From Candidatus Heimdallarchaeota archaeon (GTDB lineage Archaea; Asgardarchaeota; Heimdallarchaeia; Heimdallarchaeales; Heimdallarchaeaceae), in assembly GCA_019057375.1 (NCBI GenBank), contig DXJF01000040.1:1-51359 (forward strand): DNA of 51,359 nt, read 5' to 3'. Shown piece by piece: positions 10,112-18,344 of this stretch (position 1 is the first letter of the stretch; the number at the start of each line of letters is the position of its first letter). The notes under the pieces were generated by a model, which worked only from the letters and a program-made list of their open reading frames with translations, was not told where the DNA came from and made no database searches. A program made the translations under genes and the position numbers.

Positions 10112-10483
10112 ATGATAGGAGACAGATATAACATCAAATTTACTCTTCCTGGTAAGGGTGAAGCAGAGGGAGAATTGATTCGCATAAAAGGTCCTCACTT
10201 AACCGAAATCATTAATCGAAATTTACCTATTACTTCTCGTGGTTTAGTAAGAGATGGAATGTTTGTAATCCCAACAAATGTTCTTTATACTATTGAAAAA
10301 CCTGCAATTTCCGGGAGAAAGGGGGATATTATTTACGATTCAAAAGCCAAGGCAATAATAGTACTTTTTGAAGAGAAACGATTTGATTCTAAGATGGCAA
10401 ACATTGGGACCATAACAAAAGGCATGAAAATCTTCACATCATTGACAATGTCCTCGGGAGTAAGAATAGAGAGTATTGAATAG
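10112..10483 (+). CDS. Cyclophilin-like fold protein (DUF369/TM1367-like)
   Basis: GELIRIKGPHLTEII..LPI..GDIIY..AIIVLF pattern. Confidence 0.6.
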   Translation: MIGDRYNIKFTLPGKGEAEGELIRIKGPHLTEIINRNLPITSRGLVRDGMFVIPTNVLYTIEKPAISGRKGDIIYDSKAKAIIVLFEEKRFDSKMANIGTITKGMKIFTSLTMSSGVRIESIE

Positions 10484-10571
10484 AAAATGTATATCTAATT
10501 TCCGAAGAGAAAAGAAGATTTATAAATAGATTATTAGTCTTTAAGTCGAGAGCATAAAATAGGGGAAAACA

Positions 10572-10913
10572 ATGAGCATTCGACAAAACATTGTTAAAAC
10601 ACTTAAAACTGTTAAAGAGGAATATGGAAAAGTAGATTTTGGAGATAAACTTTTAGATTTAATCTCTATTGTCGGAGTAGTTCTTTTCTTAGCTTCATTT
10701 ATTTCTGTCTTTCTAAGTAGGGTATTCAACGCCGTTAATATTATTTTTATGCTCTATCCTTTAGGTTTAGCAGGAATTGCTGCTTCTTTTAGAATGAAGA
10801 AAAGAGATAAACCAGAGGAAGCTGAAAAATTATTTAAAGAATGGGTTTGGATTATGGGAACCATCACTGCTATCAGTATAATAATTATTATACTTGGTTT
10901 TGTGTTCGCATAA
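10572..10913 (+). CDS. Small membrane protein (3 TM), unknown function
   Basis: Three hydrophobic segments. Confidence 0.6.
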   Translation: MSIRQNIVKTLKTVKEEYGKVDFGDKLLDLISIVGVVLFLASFISVFLSRVFNAVNIIFMLYPLGLAGIAASFRMKKRDKPEEAEKLFKEWVWIMGTITAISIIIIILGFVFA

Positions 10914-10979
10914 AATATTCATATTTTACTTTTCCCCTATCAGCAATTTTTTTATATTAAGTTATGTAAGTTTAATCTG

Positions 10980-12398
10980 ATGACTCAAGAAACTTACCGT
11001 ATTTATTCGAGGGTACTTAAGTTTGGACAACAGATTGGACTTAGAAGATTAATCGAGACAATAGTTTTTGGTATAACCATTTTTGCTATCACTTTAGTCT
11101 ATTTGTACGTTATAACCTTCGCTCCAATTGGTTCTACAGGAAAATATATTTTCTTTCCACTAGGGGTCTTCTTTGAATTAGTACTGATTCTTAGTTATAT
11201 AGAAAATCACTACTTCATAGACATTTTTGGTGAAAATACAAATAAATTGATGTCAGTTTTATCAGTTATATCATTAGTTGTAATAATTCTTTATGCCAGT
11301 ATTCCTGGTTTCTATACTTTGGATCCTGCAAAGGTTCATCCACAGAGTATATCTTTGATAGTCTTGTTCTTTCTACTGAATGTAATTGAAACGGCGTATT
11401 TCTTGTTTTCAGTTCCACGAACTGATAGATCAAATACTTTTGGACTAGAATACCAATTTTCTATCCTTGAAAAAAGTTTAGAGACCAAAAAATTGGGTGA
11501 TCTACATATAGATAAAGCTATTACTAAGGGCTTGAATGCTTTGAAACGAAGAGTAAATGAAGAGGGATTTTGGGGAGATTTTAGTCCAACATTTGAAACT
11601 GCTTGTGTTTTAGAACTATTTAATAAATTGGGGTATAATGAGGATACAGAATGGATAATAAATACAGAAGAGGGTAAGAAAGCAGTAACTCTCGGGAAGT
11701 CCATCGAAAGTCTGAAAGCTGTCGTTGAAACAACTGAAACAATTGATAATTCATACGAGCAATTCTTCGTTCTATATGCTCTAAGTCTTTTTGATCCAAC
11801 AATTTTCGATACAAGAAATGAATTAGTTGATGAGTTCTTTGATTCTATTTTTGAAGAAACAGAATGGGATTTCATCAATAAATTGAATAGATTCACGCCG
11901 AATCTTCGTTCTAGAACAACTCCATTACACATTGTGATGAGCTATGTAGGAGATGTAACAGGAAATATAAAATTACTAGATAAGATGGCTAATTTATTCT
12001 CTGCTTCAATTGACATAGTGGTTAAGAGAGGTTATGCACGATTCTCTACATCACAAACAGGAAAAACTCCGATAGAAATGTTTTCTAGAATGATGCTATC
12101 ACTCCAAGATATTAGAAGAGCACCTTCAAGAAGACAACAATTTGTACAAGCTGTTGTAGGTACCCAGTTCATCGAAGGATCTTGGGCAGCTAATATTGGT
12201 ACTACTGGATATGTGATTCAATCCCTCCTCCCAAGTGAAACAGCTGATTCTTTACCACTAAAGAAAGCAGCCATTTACTTATCAGCAATTCAAGATAAAG
12301 AGGGACTATGGAATGCAAGTATCGAAGAAACAACAATTGCTTTGATGGCATTGATAGGTTTACAACAAATAGCTGAACAAGAAGCAGTTGCAGTTTAA
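10980..12398 (+). CDS. Membrane-anchored protein with prenyltransferase/squalene-cyclase-like alpha-alpha repeats
   Basis: 4 N-terminal TM helices; QW-like repeats NEEGFWG, FIEGSWA, QDKEGLWN each followed by a T..A/L helix. Confidence 0.55.
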   Translation: MTQETYRIYSRVLKFGQQIGLRRLIETIVFGITIFAITLVYLYVITFAPIGSTGKYIFFPLGVFFELVLILSYIENHYFIDIFGENTNKLMSVLSVISLVVIILYASIPGFYTLDPAKVHPQSISLIVLFFLLNVIETAYFLFSVPRTDRSNTFGLEYQFSILEKSLETKKLGDLHIDKAITKGLNALKRRVNEEGFWGDFSPTFETACVLELFNKLGYNEDTEWIINTEEGKKAVTLGKSIESLKAVVETTETIDNSYEQFFVLYALSLFDPTIFDTRNELVDEFFDSIFEETEWDFINKLNRFTPNLRSRTTPLHIVMSYVGDVTGNIKLLDKMANLFSASIDIVVKRGYARFSTSQTGKTPIEMFSRMMLSLQDIRRAPSRRQQFVQAVVGTQFIEGSWAANIGTTGYVIQSLLPSETADSLPLKKAAIYLSAIQDKEGLWNASIEETTIALMALIGLQQIAEQEAVAV

Positions 12399-12442
12399 AC
12401 TTAAAACTTACCTTTATATTTACCTTTTTTTAATTTCATTCA

Positions 12443-12919
12443 ATGACTAAACTTGAAAAAAATGTCTACATAGCTTGTTCCATGATTAAAGCAAATCAGT
12501 TAGACTTTTCTTTGTTAGATTTTTTAATAGATTTTGTTGAAGAACAAGGATATCATTCTTTTGTACCTGGGAAGATGGAGGATGCTTCATCGAAGGTTGT
12601 TTTTGAGAGAGATATGAATTGGTTAAGAGATTCAGCAAAAATAATAGCTGATGTCAATGAACCATCTCATGGAGTAGGGATGGAGATAATGTACGCATAC
12701 AAGTATGACATACCTGTTATATGTTTATTGAATGAAAAAAATAAACCACTTTCTAGAATGGTTGAAGGAAGTCCAAATACTGCAATTATTATCTATAATT
12801 CCAAAAAAGATTTAGAAGAAGAACTTAAGGATTTTGAATTAGATGAAACTAGTGTATTCTTTTGTTCTAAATGTGATGAAAAAACAATTCATTTAAGGAA
12901 AAACTGCTTAAAATGTTGA
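12443..12919 (+). CDS. Nucleoside 2-deoxyribosyltransferase / DNPH1-like hydrolase with C-terminal CxxC pair
   Basis: VYIACS, FERDMNWL, IIADVNEPSHGVGMEI, IPVICL. Confidence 0.85.
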   Translation: MTKLEKNVYIACSMIKANQLDFSLLDFLIDFVEEQGYHSFVPGKMEDASSKVVFERDMNWLRDSAKIIADVNEPSHGVGMEIMYAYKYDIPVICLLNEKNKPLSRMVEGSPNTAIIIYNSKKDLEEELKDFELDETSVFFCSKCDEKTIHLRKNCLKC

Positions 12920-12921
12920 AA

Positions 12922-12995
12922 TGGCAGACCCAAGGCGATTTGAACGCCTGCCACAGGAACCAGAATCCCGTATCCTTCCACTAGACGATGGGTCT
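12922..12995 (-). tRNA. tRNA-Gln(CUG), CCA encoded, A1-U72, G73
   Basis: AGACCCA TC GTCTAGTGGAAGGAT A CGGGA TTCTGGT TCCTG TGGC AGGCG TTCAAAT CGCCT TGGGTCT G CCA folds as a full cloverleaf. Confidence 0.92.
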
Positions 12996-13082
12996 TTATT
13001 CTTATTTGAGTTGAGAAAGATATTGGGAAATTAAAAGTTTTGGTAGACGCTTCAAACAATCAAGGAAAGTAAATATAAAGGT

Positions 13083-13811
13083 ATGTCGGTAAAATATTGC
13101 ATGAAGAAAATATTCATTACTGGCGCAAGCAGAGGGTTGGGATTAGAATTTACTAAGCAATATCTGAAAAAGGGTGAAATTGTCATAGCAAGCTGTAGAA
13201 AACCAGAAAAAGCTGATGCTCTAAAGGAGTTAGAAGCTAAATTTCCTAGTAAGTTAAATATTGTTCAACTTGATGTGGTAAATGAACAATCTAGAAATGC
13301 TGTTTTTGAGAAAATTGAGAAAGATTTTGGTAACATTGATATTCTCATTAACAATGCTGGAATAATTTCAGGAAATGAAAAAGAATCTTCAATTCTTGGA
13401 GAAATTTACAAAGAGGATTTCAGTAAAGTTTTCTTAGTTAATTCAATTGCTCCTTTACTAATGAGTGAGAAATTCTTACCCTTATTAGAAAAAAGTGAAG
13501 GAGCTAAAATCATTAACATTTCTTCTCAAAATGGAAGTATAGCAAGTAGAAACGTTGGTGGAAAGTATTCCTATGCAGCAAGTAAGGCAGCTCTCAACAT
13601 GATAACCAAAATATTGTCAAATGATTTGAGAGATCAAGGTATAACAACAATAGCAATTCATCCAGGTTGGATAAAAACTGATATGGGAGGTTCAAACGCA
13701 CCTCTAGAAATAGAAGAACCGATTTCAAAAATAATAGATTTGACAGATAGAAGTGGAATATCCGAATCAGGTAAATTTCTAGATAGAGAAGGAAACGATG
13801 TTCCTTGGTAG
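13083..13811 (+). CDS. SDR oxidoreductase (C-factor/CsgA-like)
   Basis: TGASRGLG, NNAG, YAASK, HPGWIKTDMGG, W end. Confidence 0.92.
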   Translation: MSVKYCMKKIFITGASRGLGLEFTKQYLKKGEIVIASCRKPEKADALKELEAKFPSKLNIVQLDVVNEQSRNAVFEKIEKDFGNIDILINNAGIISGNEKESSILGEIYKEDFSKVFLVNSIAPLLMSEKFLPLLEKSEGAKIINISSQNGSIASRNVGGKYSYAASKAALNMITKILSNDLRDQGITTIAIHPGWIKTDMGGSNAPLEIEEPISKIIDLTDRSGISESGKFLDREGNDVPW

Positions 13812-13829
13812 AAAAAAAAATAATTAGAG

Positions 13830-14558
13830 ATGAAAAACATGAGAAGAATTTTGATCACTGGAAGTAGTAGAGGATTGGGTTTCGAATTTGTAAGACAGTT
13901 ATTAGAAAATGGGGATAAGATTATTGCCTGCAATAGAGATCCTTTCAGATATTCAGATTTTTTGGAATTAAGGGATAAATTTGGGGAGAAACTAGTTCTT
14001 GTTGATTTGGATGTTTCTAGTAAAGATTCTATTGATAATGCTTACTTTCTAATCTCTAAAGAAATAGATGGGTTGGATATACTGATTAATAATGCTGGTA
14101 TCCGCTTTGGAGGAGATGAGAAGTTTAATGATGAATTGGGTAGATTGTAAAAAGAGGATTTTGGTAAGATTTTCACAGTAAACTCTGTTGCACCATTATT
14201 GATTGTTGAGAAGTTTTTGCCCCTAATAAAAACTGGAAAGAACCCCATTATTGTTAATATTTCATCAACAAGTGGGAGTATAGGTAGAAGAAGTCGTAAA
14301 GGAGGAGGATACAGTTATAGTGCAAGTAAGGCAGCATTGAATATGATCACTAAAGCACTTTCTATAGATCTGAAAGAAGATGGAATTACAGTTGTTTCTA
14401 TTCATCCTGGTTGGGTTAAAACTACAATGGAATACACAGAAAACGCACCATTAACAACTTATGAATCAATAAAGGGAATGAAAAAGGTAATTGAAAATCT
14501 GTCTATAGAAGAAACTGGAAAGTTTTTTGATTGGGAAGGAAACGAATTACCTTGGTAA
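13830..14558 (+). pseudogene. Tandem SDR paralog interrupted by one in-frame TAA (14148-14150)
   Basis: ORFs 13830..14150 and 14199..14558 share a frame; reading through gives DELGRL*KEDFGKIFTVNSVAPLL, colinear with the paralog's ILGEIYKEDFSKVFLVNSIAPLL. Confidence 0.85.
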
Positions 14559-14591
14559 ACATTATACTTGCTCAAAGAATGGAAAATGAGT

Positions 14592-14666
14592 TGGTAGCCC
14601 TGAGAAGATTCGAACTTCTGTCTGTAAGCCTAAACCTACAATGCTTGGCCACTACACTACAGGGCT
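14592..14666 (-). tRNA. Gln-like tRNA gene with non-canonical anticodon arm (6-nt loop UUUAGG; UUA or UAG depending on register)
   Basis: AGCCCTG TA GTGTAGTGGCCAAGCAT T GTAGG TTTAGG CTTAC AGAC AGAAG TTCGAAT CTTCT CAGGGCT A CCA; acceptor, D and T arms intact; identity undetermined. Confidence 0.75.
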
Positions 14667-14700
14667 ATAATTTTAACTAATTCTCTTCTTTTCAAGTACA

Positions 14701-14710
14701 GATTTTAAAT
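14701..14710 (-). promoter_or_regulatory. Putative TATA box (ATTTAAAATC) with purine-rich BRE-like run for the atypical tRNA
   Basis: Same 10-mer occurs upstream of tRNA-Gln(UUG) at 14893-14902; preceded by GAAAGGAAGG. Confidence 0.4.
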
Positions 14711-14761
14711 CCTTCCTTTCGAACCTATATAACATAAATATTTGCTTTTAGAAAAGAGGTT

Positions 14762-14769
14762 AAAAAAAA
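14762..14769 (-). terminator. Oligo-T terminator after tRNA-Gln(UUG)
   Basis: T8 two bases after the encoded CCA. Confidence 0.5.
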
Positions 14770-14771
14770 TT

Positions 14772-14847
14772 TGGTAGTCCCTGGGAGATTTGAACTCCCG
14801 GCGCCAGATTCAAAGTCTGGAATGTTTCCAGGCTACACCAAGGGACT
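14772..14847 (-). tRNA. tRNA-Gln(UUG), CCA encoded, A1-U72, A73
   Basis: AGTCCCT TG GTGTAGCCTGGAAACAT T CCAGA CTTTGAA TCTGG CGCC GGGAG TTCAAAT CTCCC AGGGACT A CCA. Confidence 0.93.
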
Positions 14848-14918
14848 TTGAAAGATGTCAAACTTCTTTGACAACCGTTCATTTCTTGTTTCGATTTTAA
14901 ATTTTTCTAATGCTCTGC

Positions 14919-16844
14919 TTATTTTTTAGCCCATGAATCTCTCAAAGTAATTATTCTGTTTAAGACCAATTTTTCTTTTGTTGAATCGACTAAGTCTATA
15001 ACAAAATACCCATTTCTTTCAAATTGGAACCTTGATCCTGGTTCTTTATCCTTTAGGAATGGTTCCACATATGATTTCATTATATTTATAGAATCGGGAT
15101 TGATATAATCTTTGAACTCTTTTCCTTCTTCAGTATCCATTGGATTCTCCTTAGTGTACATTCTATCATATAATCTTACTTCAACTTCTAGTGCAAAATC
15201 TGCAGATAGCCAATGAATTGTTCCTTGAACTTTTCTTCCATCTGGAGATTCTCCTCCTTTTGTTTTTTGATCATAGGTACAATGAATTTCAACAATATCT
15301 CCTGTTTCTTCATCTTTAATTGCTTTCTCACATTTTATGAAGTAAGCATACTTTAATCTGACTTCTTTTCCTGGTGAAAGTCGATAATAATCTTCTGGAG
15401 GATTTTCCATGAAGTCATCTTGTTCAATGTAGAGATTTCTAGTAAATTTAACCTTTCGAGAACCCATTTCTTTGTCAGAAGGATGATTTGGTACTGTAAA
15501 ATCTTCTTCTATATCATCAGGATAATTTGTTATAACAAGTTTGATTGGATTTATTACACCCATTACTCTTGGGCATCTTTTGTCCAAATCTTCTCGTATA
15601 TAATGTTCAAAGATAGACATATCGATAAGTTTTTCACGTTTGGTGAAATTAATAGCTAAAGAGAAGTTGCGTACTGCTTCTGGTGTATATCCTCTTCTTC
15701 TCATTCCTGCTATTGTGAGCATTCGAGGGTCATCCCATCCGTTGACATAACCTTCCTCTACAAGCATCCTCAGTCTTCTTTTACTAAGGACCATGTAGGA
15801 GAGATTCATTTTAGCAAATTCTATTTGTTGAGAATGATGAATTGGATTACCATCTTCATCGTCTAATTGATCTATATACCAATCATAAAGTGGTCTATGT
15901 ACTTCGAATTCCAGAGTACAGATTGAATGAGTTATTCTTTCGATTGAATCCTCTAAACCATGAGCCCAATCATACATTGGATAGATGCACCACTTATCAC
16001 CAGTATTATGATGACTTGCATGAAGGATTCTGTATACTATCGGATCTCTCATTAACATATTAGGATGAGCCATATCGATTTTTGCTCGAAGAACTCTTTC
16101 CCCGTCCTTAAATTCTCCAGTTTTCATTCTCTCAAATAGATCTAGATTTTCTTCAATTGATCTGTTTCTGTATGGACTTTCCTTACCATGTTCTGTAATG
16201 GTTCCTCTCATTTCACGTATTTCTTCAATACTAGAATCATCTACATATGCTAATCCTTTCCTTACTAATTGAACCGCGTACTCGTAGAGTTGGTCAAAGT
16301 AATCAGAAGCAAAGAGAAGTCTATCTTCATAATCTACCCCTAACCATAGAACATCATTAATTATTGAATCAACAAATTCTTCTTCTTCTGTTAGAGGATT
16401 TGTATCATCAAATCTTAGGTTGAATTTACCTCCATATTCTACTGCAAAGTTATAGTTTCGATTAATGGAATATGCATGACCAACATGAAGCCATCCATTG
16501 GGTTCTGGAGGGAATCGAGTATGAACCTTTCCTCCAAATCTTCCGGTTCGGTTATGTTCTTCAATGATTTCTCGTATGAAATCAGCTTCTTCCTGAACTA
16601 TTTCTTCCTTCTTTTGCAGAAGTTCTGGATACTTTTCTTGTGCGAGTTGTTGTATTTCTTCAGGTTTTAATGAATTAATATATTCAATTTTCTTTTCTAA
16701 TATTTCTCTGATGCTGTCTGCATCCTTTCTCAATTCAGGTTCAGCTTTAAAGACTCTACCCATTACAGGACCTAAAGCTGCTTTCCCGTGTTCTAAAGCA
16801 TTTTCAACAGAATGTTTTTCGCACAATCTTTCTACTGATGTCAT
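14919..16844 (-). CDS. glnS: Glutamine--tRNA ligase (GlnRS) with archaeal GluRS-like N-terminal domain
   Basis: TRFPPEPNGWLHVGH (HIGH), LRFDDTNP, WCIYPMYDWAH, ITHSICTLEFE, VLSKR (KMSKS), GWDDPRM, GMRRRG, GRKVQGTIHW, FQFERNGYF, all GlnRS-type; ATG 16844 is the likely start (the track's 33-aa extension is AT-rich noise). Confidence 0.88.
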   Translation of the reverse strand: MTSVERLCEKHSVENALEHGKAALGPVMGRVFKAEPELRKDADSIREILEKKIEYINSLKPEEIQQLAQEKYPELLQKKEEIVQEEADFIREIIEEHNRTGRFGGKVHTRFPPEPNGWLHVGHAYSINRNYNFAVEYGGKFNLRFDDTNPLTEEEEFVDSIINDVLWLGVDYEDRLLFASDYFDQLYEYAVQLVRKGLAYVDDSSIEEIREMRGTITEHGKESPYRNRSIEENLDLFERMKTGEFKDGERVLRAKIDMAHPNMLMRDPIVYRILHASHHNTGDKWCIYPMYDWAHGLEDSIERITHSICTLEFEVHRPLYDWYIDQLDDEDGNPIHHSQQIEFAKMNLSYMVLSKRRLRMLVEEGYVNGWDDPRMLTIAGMRRRGYTPEAVRNFSLAINFTKREKLIDMSIFEHYIREDLDKRCPRVMGVINPIKLVITNYPDDIEEDFTVPNHPSDKEMGSRKVKFTRNLYIEQDDFMENPPEDYYRLSPGKEVRLKYAYFIKCEKAIKDEETGDIVEIHCTYDQKTKGGESPDGRKVQGTIHWLSADFALEVEVRLYDRMYTKENPMDTEEGKEFKDYINPDSINIMKSYVEPFLKDKEPGSRFQFERNGYFVIDLVDSTKEKLVLNRIITLRDSWAKK

Positions 16845-16969
16845 AGTGTGTTTTTTGACGCATAGAGAGTAATAAATTTTTAGTATATTGTTTTTTTTTA
16901 AAAAAAATGAGAAAAAAGAATTTTCACAAAAGTTTATTTGCACCCAATCTATATTTTGTATTGATTCAA

Positions 16970-17146
16970 ATGAGCAAACTCCCTAATGATGTTTACTGCT
17001 TCCACTGTGGATTCAAGTTTGATAAAAGTGACCCTGAAGGTTATGAAGCATGTCCTGATTGTGGTAAGGGTTTCTCTGACTTAAACGAAGAGGCTCAACA
17101 TGCAGTAAAGATGGTAATGAAATCTATGATTGAACATTTCAGGTAA
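16970..17146 (+). CDS. Small zinc-ribbon protein (58 aa)
   Basis: CFHCG ... CPDCG; ATG 16970. Confidence 0.7.
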   Translation: MSKLPNDVYCFHCGFKFDKSDPEGYEACPDCGKGFSDLNEEAQHAVKMVMKSMIEHFR

Positions 17147-17154
17147 GCTAATTC

Positions 17155-18195
17155 TTACCCGAAGAGAAGTACTTCTAAAAATCCATGAATATTGTTCAAT
17201 ACGATTAGAATAACAATACCAGCCAGTATAAGAGATGTCATAGCTATTTGTATAATGTATAATTTGCTAATTTTTCTATATTGTCTTGCTGAAACAGTTC
17301 CTCCTCTGACAAATGATTGTGATGTCCAGAATATTAACGCACAGGATGCATATATTGCGATAATGTTCAAAACAAGTAATAACAATGATCCTGAAGCCAT
17401 CCTAATTGTTGCATCACTTGCAAGTAAAACGCCTACATTTGCTGCTGGAGGGCATAAAGAAGCTGCGACAGCAACACCCACAATAGCAGTATTTTCTCCC
17501 CTGACAATGAAAACTCCTGCAGCTAAACCACTAGCTATTGCAACTACAATATCTCCGGTATTTGGTAGAATCCTAATAGCTATTTGTGAATCAGGATTTG
17601 TAGGAGGAACTTGGTTTAAAATTATTGAAGGATCAGAACTATTATAGATTAGACCCACAATTACACCAAAACCTATTATGAATGCTATACCTAGTATTTC
17701 GGTAACTATTGCTCTCTTTGAATAGATATTCTTGGGTGTCATAGTTCCAATAACTGCTAAAGCAATAGGTCCTAACAGAGGAGCTATAATCATACTTGCA
17801 ATCACTATTATGACACTATTGTAGATAAGTCCAAATGAAGCGAGTGCTCCTGCGAGTAATATCAATCCTAAATAGGTTGGATTCATTAAAGCTAAACCTT
17901 TGATATTCGCAATCATTTCATCAATACTTATCGCTCTTCCTCGAGCTTTTGATTCCTTTTTATCAGAAGAGATTTCAAAGGCGATAGGAGATACTGTAAT
18001 ACGACCAAAAACAGTCCCAACTCCCAATCCTTTTAGTTCCTCTAAAAGAGTAGAAGTATGTTGATTTTCTAAAGTAGTGTTTATTGTTACTACATTCTCG
18101 AATATTAAAATATTGAATACTAATCCAAGCTTCTCCTCTAATTCTTTAACTAGCTCTAGTTTTTCGGAGGGGATGATAACTTTTACTTCTTTCAT
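17155..18195 (-). CDS. TIGR00341/DUF389 family membrane protein
   Basis: LASFGLIYNSVIIVIASMIIAPLLGP, VAIASGLAAG, VGVAVAASLCPPA signature. Confidence 0.85.
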   Translation of the reverse strand: MKEVKVIIPSEKLELVKELEEKLGLVFNILIFENVVTINTTLENQHTSTLLEELKGLGVGTVFGRITVSPIAFEISSDKKESKARGRAISIDEMIANIKGLALMNPTYLGLILLAGALASFGLIYNSVIIVIASMIIAPLLGPIALAVIGTMTPKNIYSKRAIVTEILGIAFIIGFGVIVGLIYNSSDPSIILNQVPPTNPDSQIAIRILPNTGDIVVAIASGLAAGVFIVRGENTAIVGVAVAASLCPPAANVGVLLASDATIRMASGSLLLLVLNIIAIYASCALIFWTSQSFVRGGTVSARQYRKISKLYIIQIAMTSLILAGIVILIVLNNIHGFLEVLLFG

Positions 18196-18344
18196 AGAAA
18201 AACCTATACAGTACTATAATTATGACAAATATTCTTTGTTATAAAAATTGTTCCTCAAAAAATCTAAATATAGATAAAAATCAACGAACTGACGTAACCC
18301 CCAAAGTTCAGTTCTCTAAATAAACGGAAAGCAATAATTTCAAT

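Noticed and set aside
10980-12398. Call as squalene-hopene/oxidosqualene cyclase
   Set aside because: No DxDD/DCTAE catalytic motif and too short for the two-domain cyclase
14592-14666. Atypical tRNA as tRNA-Pyl or tRNA-Leu(UAG)
   Set aside because: No CUA anticodon, normal D-loop GG and TTCGA, no pyl genes; lacks the long variable arm of Leu tRNAs, and the UAG register leaves the stem unpaired
16845-16969. N-terminal extensions of glnS (to 16943) and of the zinc-ribbon ORF (from 16907)
   Set aside because: Low-complexity F/K/N-rich translations of the shared AT-rich divergent promoter
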